Positions 51,470-61,520 are shown, counted from the stretch's first letter. The stretch: 64,000 bases of DNA from Alteromonas sp. (GCA_964220215.1 CAXPTH010000023.1:14218-78217); one strand, 5' to 3'. A program made the numbers and translations. Notes: generated by a model not told the origin, from the sequence alone.

Positions 51470-52924
51470 TTGAAAGAAAAAACATATTGGGATTTATCAT
51501 CGCATCAATCAACACCGGGGGGATCTTGGGATCCCAACTGGCAGCGCATCCATTTAGTCGGGATTGGTGGGGTGGGCATGAGTGGCCTGGCCCGGCTGTA
51601 TCATCAGCGCGGATTTGTGGTAACCGGCTCTGATTTAAATCGAAACACCTATACCGAAACGCTCGAATCCTTGGGCATCACCATTTTTACGGGCCACCAC
51701 AGCCGCCATAGCGAAGGCGCCGACTGTGTGGTGGTCTCATCGGCCGTTCACGCCGACAACCCCGAACTGATTGCGGCCCGAACGGCCGGATGCCCCATTA
51801 TTAAACGCGGGGATGCCTTAGCCCATATTATGAGCCATTATCCCCATCGGTGGGTGGTTGCTGGGACTCACGGAAAAACCACAACGGCCACGCTATGGGC
51901 ACATGCCCTGCGTCAAGTGGGGCTATCCCCCAGTTATGCTATTGGGGCAACCGCTTTAAATATGGGCGCCAACGCCCAGCATTGCAGCGATACCCATTTT
52001 GTGGCCGAGTCCGATGAAAGCGACGGGTCGTTTTTAAGCTTGGCCCCTACCGTTGCCATTGTTACCAATATTGAACACGAACATGTTGATTTTTACCCCA
52101 ATGTATCGGAATTAATTGCCAGTTTTCAAACATTCATTACCAACACACTCGCCCAGGGTGGCTGTGTCATTGCCAATGCCGATGACCCCATTCTCGTCCA
52201 AGCCCTTCCGAAAAATCGGGACGGCATTATAACCTATGGCACACAGCCCACCGCCACTGTATATGCCTCTGATTGCCACATGACAGCAACCGGCTGCCGC
52301 TACACGTTAAATACCCCCGATCACACATTGGTTGACATTGAGTTGCCCATGCTTGGCGAGCACAACCTGTCCAATAGTTTAGGGGTAGCCGCTGCCTTAT
52401 ACCACGCCAATTTACTCAATACAACCGCCTTGTTTACCAACTTTCAAGGGGCTTCACGCCGGTTTGAACCCATTGGCACCCACAACGGAATTCGCGTTAT
52501 TGATGACTATGCCCACCACCCAACTGAAATTAAAGCAGTGCTGGCTAGTATGAAAGCGCTGAATGCTAATCGTATTGTTTGCATTTTTCAACCCCATCGG
52601 TTATCTCGGGTTGCTGCCTTGGTAACCGATTTTTCAAACTGCTTTAACGATGCCGATTGGCTAATTGTAACGCCCATTTATACCGCCAACGAAACACTCA
52701 ACAACCCCGATGCCCTTCGGCAAGAATTGCTTATTAATATTCAGCGACATTCCACGGCTACCGTACAATACGAATCCGATATTGACGCCTTAGCCGACAA
52801 GCTGGCCCCAGCGTTGCAGCCTGGGGATGTTGTGATTACGATGGGTGCGGGCACAATTTCAACGGTTGCCCATGCCCTATCCGACGCATTAACCCGTGAT
52901 GCCTGTGTTGTTCAAAACGTTTGA
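51470..52924 (+). CDS. murC: UDP-N-acetylmuramate--L-alanine ligase
   Basis: IGGVGMSG, AGTHGKTTT, ESDESDGSF, DDYAHHPTE, FQPHR, TMGAG. Start uncertain (TTG 51470). Confidence 0.95.
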   Translation: MKEKTYWDLSSHQSTPGGSWDPNWQRIHLVGIGGVGMSGLARLYHQRGFVVTGSDLNRNTYTETLESLGITIFTGHHSRHSEGADCVVVSSAVHADNPELIAARTAGCPIIKRGDALAHIMSHYPHRWVVAGTHGKTTTATLWAHALRQVGLSPSYAIGATALNMGANAQHCSDTHFVAESDESDGSFLSLAPTVAIVTNIEHEHVDFYPNVSELIASFQTFITNTLAQGGCVIANADDPILVQALPKNRDGIITYGTQPTATVYASDCHMTATGCRYTLNTPDHTLVDIELPMLGEHNLSNSLGVAAALYHANLLNTTALFTNFQGASRRFEPIGTHNGIRVIDDYAHHPTEIKAVLASMKALNANRIVCIFQPHRLSRVAALVTDFSNCFNDADWLIVTPIYTANETLNNPDALRQELLINIQRHSTATVQYESDIDALADKLAPALQPGDVVITMGAGTISTVAHALSDALTRDACVVQNV

Positions 52925-53756
52925 GTCTAGCTATCCCATTGCCCGTTTGACCAGCATTCAATCCACTGGCCTGGCTCCGTTGTATGTGGAATGCCCAACG
53001 GCTGAGGCCTTGATTCAAGCGCGACACACCTACCCCAAGCACTATCTGATTGGCGGCGGCTCCAACACGATTTTAGACCCCGATAACCCAACGCCCATCG
53101 TCCGGTTCACAGACGCCACCATAAATCAAATCCATCATAATCGCGTGTATATGACGGCTGGAACCCCCATTGCAAAAGCGTTGCGGCAATGTAGCGACTG
53201 GGGACTCTCTGGACTCGAATTAGCGGCCGGGGTTCCCGCCTATATTGGGGGCATGATTGCGATGAATTTTGGCTGTTGGGGACAAACAGTTGCCCAATGG
53301 ATTCACCGCGTTCATTACATTGATGCCAACAACCAACTCGCCTGGCGCTCGGTGGATTCCTGCGAATTTGGGTATCGATCCAGCTGGTTTAAAGAAAACC
53401 AAATGCCCATTGTAGGCGCTGAATTTGACCTAACACCCACCGATACCAGTCGCATTCGAACCGCCATTGCCGATGCCATCGCACGCCGCCAAACCGCCCA
53501 GCCGTTGCGCGACAAAACCTACGGCAGCATGTTTTTAAACCCACCGGATGCATCCGCCGCTCAGCTGATTGACGATAGCCAACTCAAAGGGTATCAAATT
53601 GGGGGAGCCAAGGTATCCTGCAAACATGCCAATTTTATGGTCAATATTGGACACGCCTCCTTTCATGATATTCAATCCCTGCTCCACGTAATCCAAGACC
53701 GCGTATACACCCGAACCCAGATCACACTCAACCCGGAGGTTTGCCAAGCCCTATGA
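52896..53756 (+). CDS. murB: UDP-N-acetylenolpyruvoylglucosamine reductase
   Basis: GGGSN, GLSGLE..GVP..IGG..MNFG, FGYRSS, QP..GSMFLNP, KHANF. Confidence 0.93.
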   Translation: MMPVLFKTFESSYPIARLTSIQSTGLAPLYVECPTAEALIQARHTYPKHYLIGGGSNTILDPDNPTPIVRFTDATINQIHHNRVYMTAGTPIAKALRQCSDWGLSGLELAAGVPAYIGGMIAMNFGCWGQTVAQWIHRVHYIDANNQLAWRSVDSCEFGYRSSWFKENQMPIVGAEFDLTPTDTSRIRTAIADAIARRQTAQPLRDKTYGSMFLNPPDASAAQLIDDSQLKGYQIGGAKVSCKHANFMVNIGHASFHDIQSLLHVIQDRVYTRTQITLNPEVCQAL

Positions 53757-54649
53757 GCACGGATCAGTACGGGCATATCGGGGTTATTTGTGGTGGAACC
53801 TCCCACGAAGCCGACATATCCAAGCGATCGGGCCAGGGGGTTCTCGACGCCCTGCATCGACTGGGGTATTCGGCCAGCATCATCGACCCGGTCAACCATC
53901 ACGCCTTGTTGGACTGCGACACCGCCTTCATTGCGTTACACGGTCCCGGTGGTGAAGACGGAACCATTCAAGGCTTTTTTGAAACAATTGGCACCCCCTA
54001 TACAGGCTCTCGAACCCGCGCCTGTGCCGTCACCATGAACAAACGTGTCACCAACACCCTGCTGCGTCAGGCGAACTTGCCATGCCCCACAGCCTTACGC
54101 ATTGAAGACACACCATCCGGACCGGTTGTCATTAAACCCGAATCGGAAGGCTCTAGCTTTGGGGTCTATATTGTGGATCAGGCCACCGACATCCCCGACA
54201 TTTATCACCGGGTCTTAGCCGAATTTGGATCCGCCATGATTGAGCCCTATATTCCTGGCACGGAAATAACCGTCAGCTTATTGGAAAAAAATGGCCACTT
54301 TATTCCATTGCCCATTTTAGAACTTCAACCCGTTCAGCACCGATTTTATAACTATGAAGCCAAATACACCGCCGGTGCTACTCAGTTTATTTTGCCCGCC
54401 AACCTGCCTGAACGTGTCACCCATCAATGCCAAGCCATTGCCCAAACCGCCTTCACAACCCTGGGCTGCCGGGGCTTTGCTCGTGTGGATATGCGGGTAA
54501 CACCCGACAACACCCCCTATATTTTGGAAGTGAATAGCATTCCGGGATTAACCGAATTGTCCGATCTGCCAGCACAAGCCAAGCATGCCGGCATTGACTA
54601 TGATGAATTAATTCACATCATGCTACAATCGGCACACGTCACGCCATGA
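53753..54649 (+). CDS. ddl: D-alanine--D-alanine ligase
   Basis: GGTSHEADIS, LHGPGGEDG, KPESEGSSFG, YNYEAKY, RVD, EVNSIPG. Confidence 0.95.
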   Translation: MSTDQYGHIGVICGGTSHEADISKRSGQGVLDALHRLGYSASIIDPVNHHALLDCDTAFIALHGPGGEDGTIQGFFETIGTPYTGSRTRACAVTMNKRVTNTLLRQANLPCPTALRIEDTPSGPVVIKPESEGSSFGVYIVDQATDIPDIYHRVLAEFGSAMIEPYIPGTEITVSLLEKNGHFIPLPILELQPVQHRFYNYEAKYTAGATQFILPANLPERVTHQCQAIAQTAFTTLGCRGFARVDMRVTPDNTPYILEVNSIPGLTELSDLPAQAKHAGIDYDELIHIMLQSAHVTP

Positions 54650-55335
54650 TTCGCTGGCAGTACTTGCCAATCTATATGGGTATTGTGGGGGTCATCAGTG
54701 TCGGAGTCTGGCTGCCGCTAACGACCGTCTCCCTGGAGCCTACGGCGTTTCTTGACGATACCGAACGCGCCCAATTTCAACGCTTAGTCGGAACGTCCGC
54801 ACTCTGGGCAAGAATGAGTACCCGACTACTCCCCCAATGGCAACAGCCCCATCCCAGCATTCAATCCATTCGTTATCAATTTCCAAACTGGCGAACCTGC
54901 CACATTACACTCCAAGAAAAATCTCCCGACTTTCTCTTTATTCAAAACCATAAAACGACCGCCATGCACCGCGATGGCAGCATCTTGAATCCACGGCTCC
55001 CAGCCCCCAACCAATTAAACAACCCGGATATGATGATTATTCGAGGGGCACCGGCCACTCAGCACCAACTCGACGCACTCAACATGATTAAACATCGACT
55101 ATCCAGCTACCCCAATCTTGGCAGCTTGCAAATTGAAACCTCCTTTCAAAACGACTACATTATTTATCTGAATGACGCCCTACCCATCAAACTGGGCCCT
55201 CTCACCCAACTCGATGAAAAACTGGATGCTCTGGATATCTTCTTACAGCACAACGCCGATACCCACACCATGCAGTATATTGATCTTCGCTACACCGATC
55301 GTGTTATAGTAAAATACACTCATGACCGCAGCTAA
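54646..55335 (+). CDS. ftsQ: Cell division protein FtsQ/DivIB
   Basis: N-terminal TM helix, POTRA-like segment, C-terminal YIDLRY; between ddl and ftsA. Confidence 0.82.
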   Translation: MIRWQYLPIYMGIVGVISVGVWLPLTTVSLEPTAFLDDTERAQFQRLVGTSALWARMSTRLLPQWQQPHPSIQSIRYQFPNWRTCHITLQEKSPDFLFIQNHKTTAMHRDGSILNPRLPAPNQLNNPDMMIIRGAPATQHQLDALNMIKHRLSSYPNLGSLQIETSFQNDYIIYLNDALPIKLGPLTQLDEKLDALDIFLQHNADTHTMQYIDLRYTDRVIVKYTHDRS

Positions 55336-56500
55336 TCAATTGGTCAGCATTGACATTGGCAGCCATAAGATCTGCACGGTTATTGCTCGCATTTTGTCCG
55401 ATCAGCGCATTGCCATTGATGGGATTGGCATTAGCCCATCCCACGGGTTTCAACGAGGCGCCATTACCAGCAAACCACAATTATCTGCGAGCATTAAACA
55501 ATCCCTTGAACGCGCCAAATCCATTGCCGGAACCTTACCTAGCCTAGCGATTTGCTCTTTACCCCAAGACCAATTAAATTTTGAAAAACACACCGGGTTT
55601 ATTCACAAACCCCAAGCGACGCCCATCACGGATGCTGAGATCCAACAGTGTTTCCAACGCTCAACCCAACTCCCGGATGTGGATGCCGACACCACAATTA
55701 TTCATGCCATCCCCACCCACTATTGTGTTGACCAAACAATCGTTAAAGACCCCCGGGGAATTTCTGGCAAGTCCTTGGAAATTACCTCGCACCTGGTACT
55801 GACCCCCACCCCACCCATCACAACTGTCTTTGGGATGCTTAAGCAATTAAAATTAGACCCACAGGGTATTTTATTGGATCTGGTCGCCACCGGGGACTTG
55901 CTCATTACACCGGAACACCAGCATACCGGCGCCTGGGTCTTGGACATTGGCGCTCGCCAAACCCGGGTGGGGTATTTCAGGCATCATACGTTGCGCGAGG
56001 CTACGATTATCCCCATTGGCGGCGATACCGTCACCCAAGACATTGCCCATTGTTTGGCCATTGATACCGAACAAGCCGAACGACTCAAGTTGCTATTTGG
56101 CAGTGTGGGAACCAGTCCTGGCAAACCCATTAGCGTGCATCAACCCGGGGGCAACACAATCATTGAATCCGAATTGTTAACCGCCATTATTACCGCACGG
56201 ATCGACGAGTTAGTTGAACTGATTCGCAAAACCAATTGGTCTGAATCCTGGGCGAACACCCCCATTTATTTATGCGGCGGGGGGAGCTTGCTCAACAATC
56301 TGGGACATTACCTGGGTCCTGTGTTTGGCGGAATCCCCCAGCCACTCATGCCAACACACCTGCGCGATTGGGTCAAAAGCTCGGCCTATTTTACGGCCAT
56401 CGGCCTCATCGTTGCTGGCTTAAGAACCAAGTGCATTGCGATTGAAAAGCCCTCTGGATTGCGCCAATTGTGGCAAAAAAGCAAAGCTATGTTGCGTTAG
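55322..56500 (+). CDS. ftsA: Cell division protein FtsA
   Basis: IDIGSHKI, LDIG, IGGDTVTQDIA, AERLK, LCGGGSLL, amphipathic C-terminal helix. Confidence 0.9.
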   Translation: MTAANQLVSIDIGSHKICTVIARILSDQRIAIDGIGISPSHGFQRGAITSKPQLSASIKQSLERAKSIAGTLPSLAICSLPQDQLNFEKHTGFIHKPQATPITDAEIQQCFQRSTQLPDVDADTTIIHAIPTHYCVDQTIVKDPRGISGKSLEITSHLVLTPTPPITTVFGMLKQLKLDPQGILLDLVATGDLLITPEHQHTGAWVLDIGARQTRVGYFRHHTLREATIIPIGGDTVTQDIAHCLAIDTEQAERLKLLFGSVGTSPGKPISVHQPGGNTIIESELLTAIITARIDELVELIRKTNWSESWANTPIYLCGGGSLLNNLGHYLGPVFGGIPQPLMPTHLRDWVKSSAYFTAIGLIVAGLRTKCIAIEKPSGLRQLWQKSKAMLR

Positions 56501-56981
56501 CGGACGCCGATGTCCAACTAAACTCAATCGGCTCATCCACGTACACAACCAAGGCAATACGCCCACCAGCATTGACCGACCCATCCGCTGACACCGCTGC
56601 GTCTTCAACCACTGGCGTCCATGTTAAATTCCCATGCGTTTCATGGCTATCCTGCTGTGTCCAAACCCAATCATTCGGGACTTGACTCCCGTATTGATCC
56701 GTTTCAACATAGGCAACGGTATTTAACGGAATCGTTAAAAAACTAGGGTTTTGCGTACTTTGCATGCGTACGGAAAACAACCACGTATTGGATTCGGCGT
56801 ACCATACCGGCTGAACGGCAATATGAACATAATTGTGCACACGCTCCTGAATGGGATACGCAACCCCACCCAGAACCGGGGACGCTGGTGCCGAACACCG
56901 AACAATCAGCCCAATCACCCCGGCAACCAAAACCAACAAGACACCCACTCTGGGCACAAATTTTCGATAATTAATTCGCAT
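56487..56981 (-). CDS. Hypothetical membrane-anchored protein
   Basis: 164-aa ORF with an N-terminal TM helix, starting 3 nt after the fprA stop. No family recognised. Confidence 0.65.
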   Translation of the reverse strand: MRINYRKFVPRVGVLLVLVAGVIGLIVRCSAPASPVLGGVAYPIQERVHNYVHIAVQPVWYAESNTWLFSVRMQSTQNPSFLTIPLNTVAYVETDQYGSQVPNDWVWTQQDSHETHGNLTWTPVVEDAAVSADGSVNAGGRIALVVYVDEPIEFSWTSASANAT

Positions 56982-56984
56982 CGG

Positions 56985-58313
56985 CTACGATGACAAACAA
57001 TCCAACAAATCGGCCCGCGTAATTTTCTTTTCACGCGGCTTATTTAATACTTGTCCAGCGGCTTCTTCAGCGGCTTTGATGGCATACCAATCCGATTCGG
57101 TAACCACACGAACCCCTTTCGCTTCGAGTACCGATAACAGGTGCTGCGTATCCGGAATGACTGCCGCTTCCTGAATGCCATCATCTACCATGGTTGCGAT
57201 TGTTTCCTCAGAATCGGGCTTGTTGCTACCCAAAACGCCCGTCGGGCCTCGCTTAATCCACCCCGTTACATAGACTCCGGGGACCGATGCCGCATCCACC
57301 CGACCCGCTGTGTTGGGAATCACACCCCGAGACACATCAAACGGCAATTGTGGCACTGGAACCCCCCGATACCCCACACTGCGAAATACCATTGAACAGG
57401 GAATGTCGCCCTGAATATCGGTCAGAACCGCTCGCCCATCCACCAATTGTGTTTGGGTCCATCCAAACGCGGTGACGGCATCCGTTCCCACCAATTCGCG
57501 CGGATTTTTAAAAAAATGAACATGAATCCGGGTTTTGGTCTCACGCACTGGCGCTGCGGCCAAGGCCTCCAGAACCGCCATATTTTTCTGGGCTTTTCGA
57601 TTGTCAGACAATTCCGCCTGACACGCCGCTGACAGCTTTAAATCATCGGGGTTAATCACCACCTGACAATCCGCCAACTCCCCCAACTCTTGCAATTCCA
57701 TATGGGTAAAGGCAGCCTGAACAGGCCCCCGCCGACCCACCAAATGAATATCCCGAATGGCACTCGTGGCCAACGCCTCAATCATGGGCTCTGGCATATC
57801 CGATTGAGCCAATTCTGCCCGCGTTTTCGCCAACAACCGAGCCACATCAATGGCCACATTACCCTGGCCAATAATCACCACCGACTCGGCAGAAAAATCC
57901 CACTTTAATTCCGAATAATCCGGATGCCCATTGTACCAACCCACCAACTGAGTAGCCGCATAATGGCCCGGTAAGTCATGCCCCGGAATCACCAAGGGTT
58001 TATCCGATTCCGCCCCACACGCAACAACAATCGAATCATAATAATTTTTAAGGGTTTGCATGCTAATGTCAGTACCCACAACCACATTGCCATAAAAATT
58101 CACGCGCTCATCGGCCAACAATTTTTCATAAAACGATTCCAACCGTTTCATTTTTTGATGATCCGGCGCCACCCCACCACGCAACAAGCCATACGGCGTT
58201 GGTAGCCGATCAAACACATCAATTTGAAACGGAATATCCCGCTTCTTCATAGCGTCAATGCAATAGAGACCCGCTGGTCCAGCCCCCACAATTGCTATTC
58301 GCCACACTGTCAT
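56985..58313 (-). CDS. Ferredoxin--NADP+ reductase, adrenodoxin-reductase/FprA type
   Basis: GAGPAG, PYGLLRGGVAPDH, WYNGHP, GQGNVAIDVAR, GRRGPVQAAFT, GWIKRGPTG. Confidence 0.92.
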   Translation of the reverse strand: MTVWRIAIVGAGPAGLYCIDAMKKRDIPFQIDVFDRLPTPYGLLRGGVAPDHQKMKRLESFYEKLLADERVNFYGNVVVGTDISMQTLKNYYDSIVVACGAESDKPLVIPGHDLPGHYAATQLVGWYNGHPDYSELKWDFSAESVVIIGQGNVAIDVARLLAKTRAELAQSDMPEPMIEALATSAIRDIHLVGRRGPVQAAFTHMELQELGELADCQVVINPDDLKLSAACQAELSDNRKAQKNMAVLEALAAAPVRETKTRIHVHFFKNPRELVGTDAVTAFGWTQTQLVDGRAVLTDIQGDIPCSMVFRSVGYRGVPVPQLPFDVSRGVIPNTAGRVDAASVPGVYVTGWIKRGPTGVLGSNKPDSEETIATMVDDGIQEAAVIPDTQHLLSVLEAKGVRVVTESDWYAIKAAEEAAGQVLNKPREKKITRADLLDCLSS

Positions 58314-58412
58314 TATGATTTGTATTATGCCACAGATTGATTCTGTTTTGGAAGACTATACGAAATTTCTCCACGAATGACGCCCAATATGGTACACTAT
58401 ATAATTCAAATA

Positions 58413-58613
58413 ATGACAAAAAAAGCAACGGTTTACATCCAAGACACCTGCATCGCCTGCGACAATTGTGTTCGATTGGCGCCCGAAACCTTTGCGTTAA
58501 CCCCCGACCAACTCATGGTGTATGTCAAACAACAACCCGAATCCGACACCGCCCGCCACCGATGCCGCCACGCACAAGCTGCCTGCCCCGTACAGGCCAT
58601 TGGATCGCGATGA
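58413..58613 (+). CDS. Single-cluster ferredoxin
   Basis: CIACDNC...AP..F...CPVQAI; 66 aa from ATG 58413; stop overlaps the nadA ATG. Confidence 0.9.
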   Translation: MTKKATVYIQDTCIACDNCVRLAPETFALTPDQLMVYVKQQPESDTARHRCRHAQAACPVQAIGSR

Positions 58614-59611
58614 ACTCCGCCAACGACCTATACCAAACCCTGAAAGACGCCCCCACCGGCACCCGACACTACACCCGAGACGATTGCATAAAATTATGGC
58701 CGACGATTCAAAAAATTCAAGCCCTTAAACAGGAAAAAAACGCGGTCATTTTGGCCCATTCCTATGTTCATGCTGACATTGTCAGCACCGTTGCGGACTA
58801 TGTGGGCGATTCGTTAGAACTCAGTCGCATGGCCCAAGCCACCCAAGCCGATACCATCGTATTTAGCGCGGTTCGGTTTATGGCTGAAACCGCCAAATTG
58901 CTCAATCCCCATAAAACCGTACTGATTCCCAGCCCCATTAACGGCTGTTCCTTGGCCGATTCCATTACCGCCAACGACGTTGCTCAACTCCGGCGCGAAT
59001 ACCCCACCAGCGCCTTTGTGTGCTACATTAACACCTCTGCGGCCGTTAAAGCTCAGTGCGATATTTGTGTTACATCGTCCAACGTTTACGATATTGTGGC
59101 AGCATTACCCAACGACGATATCTTCTTTTTGCCGGATCAACTCATGGGGAAAAACATCCAAGCGGTGATGGCTGAACGGGGCGTGAAAAAAACCATTCGC
59201 ACCAGCACCGGCACCTGTTATGTGCATGAAGAATACACCCCGGATATGATTGACTATGTGCGGGATAAACACCCGGAAGTGATGATCTTAGCGCATCCCG
59301 AATGCCATCCACAAATTACCCAAAAATGTGATTTTGTGGGGAGTACCTCGCAAATGCTTGCCACGGTTAAAGCCACCCAGGCTCCACAGTATTTCTTGCT
59401 GACCGAATGTGGGTTGGCCAATCGGTTAAGTCTGGAATATCCCGATAAACAGTTTATTGGAACCTGTACCTTATGCCGGTATATGAAATCCAATACCTTG
59501 GATCAAATTGTAACCGCGCTAACCGACCCGAAACCCTACCAACAGGTTACGATTGACCCAGAAACCCAAGCAAAAGCCACCGCATGCATTCAACGCATGC
59601 TAGATGCCTAA
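58610..59611 (+). CDS. nadA: Quinolinate synthase
   Basis: ILAHSY, GDSLEL, FMAETAK, GCSLA, YINTSA, TSSN, CYVH, AHPEC, CRYMK. Start moved to ATG 58610. Confidence 0.95.
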   Translation: MNSANDLYQTLKDAPTGTRHYTRDDCIKLWPTIQKIQALKQEKNAVILAHSYVHADIVSTVADYVGDSLELSRMAQATQADTIVFSAVRFMAETAKLLNPHKTVLIPSPINGCSLADSITANDVAQLRREYPTSAFVCYINTSAAVKAQCDICVTSSNVYDIVAALPNDDIFFLPDQLMGKNIQAVMAERGVKKTIRTSTGTCYVHEEYTPDMIDYVRDKHPEVMILAHPECHPQITQKCDFVGSTSQMLATVKATQAPQYFLLTECGLANRLSLEYPDKQFIGTCTLCRYMKSNTLDQIVTALTDPKPYQQVTIDPETQAKATACIQRMLDA

Positions 59612-59879
59612 CTGCTGCTGACACATCCCAAGAAACACCCCGATGGACCCACCAAAACTGGATGAATTCTTCGAGTAAACTTAACCCATTTCCATAAAAA
59701 AATAACAATTTTGTCAAAATAAAATCATTCAATTAAATTGTTTTTAAGCATTTTTTAATTTGGCAACATAAAATATATTTGAAAAAAATATACGCTTTAT
59801 GATAGATTCATGTTATTGTTTTTTAAAACATCAAAAAACAACTTTTATCATAAAAAAACATAAAATAGAGATTAAAAAA

Positions 59880-61502
59880 ATGAATTTAAAAGCAAATAAA
59901 TCTGCCGTGTTGGCATTCGTTGCAACGGTGTTATTGGTATCCAGTGCCTGGGGAAGCCCATCATCGACCCTATCGCGCATTGAAGTCGTGGAAGCGCTGG
60001 CCCCTTTAATTCCGATTGAAAAGCAAATGGACGGGGATTATACCCGTCAGTACGCTGACCTTGCGTCAATCACAGATACCCAACGTTTGATTCTCAATGG
60101 CTACCTAGCCCAAAGCAACACAAAGTCAGGCACCAGTGCAACGTTGTTTTCTCCCGATATGACAGCCACTCGGGCCCAAGCAGCGGTCATGATTCACCGA
60201 ATGCTTGTGGCACAGAGCCCTCAGTGGGACGCCGGTGTGACTCGGTCCGTAACGATCATTGACGCCACTACTGTTCCTTGGGCCAAAAAAGCATTGAAGG
60301 CCTTGGTCAATGCCAACGTGATTCAACCCATTGGGCCAGGGTATGTGTTCCCCAAGCGAGCGATTGATGCCCAAACAGCGACACAGTGGGTTCAGTCTGC
60401 GCAGGCTTGGGGGGGAACGCCCAGCGCAGGCATGAACGCTGCTGAAGCAGTTGATCTGGTGGGCCCCCCACGGGTTATATCCCCAGATAGTGTGGTCACG
60501 GAGCCTGTAACCCCGACGGTGTCTATCGCACTCGACACGATTGAGCCCGATATGATTGAGCCGGAGTTACCGACGGAATCTCTTGAAGTTGTACCGACGG
60601 AATCTCTTGAATTTGTGCCGACGAAATCTCTTGAAGTTGTGCCGACGCCGTCTGTATCCACTGAAGCCCGCAAAGCTACACGGAATTACCAATGGCAGAT
60701 CCGCGCATATGGGGGATTTGCCTTGGGAGACAGCCCGTATCAATCCAACCAGCCCCCAGCAGAAGTTATGCAAGAACGGTACATCGACGTTATAGATATG
60801 TCGCATACTAGTAGACGCGATCATGGATCCATTGAAGCCAAACGTGTGTACGGCATTGAAGGCGGGGTTGAACTCAACCGACGCCGAATCGGAAAGTCTC
60901 TGTGGCTAGTCACCAATTACGGACGCCATATCGTTAGCGAAACTACACCCGCCACTGTTATTAATGTGCCAACCGTATACACATATAAACAATTTGATCT
61001 GTCGATTAATGATTATATATATCGCACAAATATATTTAATGCTAAATACAGAACCATCAATCTGCCAGAAGCGACTGTTCGTAAAAGTGGCCATACGCTT
61101 CGTGTGGGACTGCGTGGGCCTATATACAAAAAAATTACGCCTGTAGCAACTATTAATGGCTATTTGGGCGGCGGTCTTGCCATCAGCGCATCCACTATTT
61201 CTGGCACTGCCATTGAACTGCCCAAACAAAATATTAAAACATATGACTACTCTGAATTTCAAGGCACCGAAGAAGCAGACTCTGTGATTCCCGAAACCAT
61301 TCGCCAATTTCATTACACGCAGAATCAAGTATCTGTGTATGGCGAGTTGGGAATCATGGCAACCCGAAAGGCGATCCATGTTGGCATCCAAGCCCGGTTT
61401 CAAGAAAACCCCGGGGAATTGTCTGTTGACGAGAAGGGCCGGAAGCGATTAACCAAAGAACGAACCCTAACCGGGACTATTTTTAGCGGAATTACATTTT
61501 AA
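59880..61502 (+). CDS. S-layer-homology (SLH) domain protein with Pro/Thr/Glu linker and predicted C-terminal outer-membrane beta-barrel
   Basis: Signal peptide ending SAWG; SLH-like FSPDMTATRAQAAVMI and WAKKALKALV...FPKRAI; alternating beta strands; terminal Phe (SGITF). Confidence 0.7.
   Translation: MNLKANKSAVLAFVATVLLVSSAWGSPSSTLSRIEVVEALAPLIPIEKQMDGDYTRQYADLASITDTQRLILNGYLAQSNTKSGTSATLFSPDMTATRAQAAVMIHRMLVAQSPQWDAGVTRSVTIIDATTVPWAKKALKALVNANVIQPIGPGYVFPKRAIDAQTATQWVQSAQAWGGTPSAGMNAAEAVDLVGPPRVISPDSVVTEPVTPTVSIALDTIEPDMIEPELPTESLEVVPTESLEFVPTKSLEVVPTPSVSTEARKATRNYQWQIRAYGGFALGDSPYQSNQPPAEVMQERYIDVIDMSHTSRRDHGSIEAKRVYGIEGGVELNRRRIGKSLWLVTNYGRHIVSETTPATVINVPTVYTYKQFDLSINDYIYRTNIFNAKYRTINLPEATVRKSGHTLRVGLRGPIYKKITPVATINGYLGGGLAISASTISGTAIELPKQNIKTYDYSEFQGTEEADSVIPETIRQFHYTQNQVSVYGELGIMATRKAIHVGIQARFQENPGELSVDEKGRKRLTKERTLTGTIFSGITF
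60570..60647 (+). repeat. Coding tandem repeat, 24-bp unit x 3.25 (PTESLEVV)
   Basis: Near-identical CCGACGGAATCTCTTGAAGTTGTA units at 60570, 60594 and 60618, plus a partial unit at 60642. Confidence 0.95.
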
Positions 61503-61520
61503 TTCAGGGAGGAAATACAT

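Noticed and set aside
1286..54649. Vancomycin-resistance (D-Ala-D-Lac) pathway suggested by the VanX-like gene
   Set aside because: No vanH/vanA/vanRS cluster is present, and Ddl retains the Tyr typical of D-Ala-D-Ala ligases.
58337..58609. N-terminal extension of NadA in the ORF track (apparent fusion)
   Set aside because: This stretch is the ferredoxin gene in another frame; nadA starts at the ATGA overlap at 58610.
60570..60647. CRISPR-like short repeats
   Set aside because: Units are directly adjacent with no spacers, preserve the reading frame, and have no cas genes nearby.
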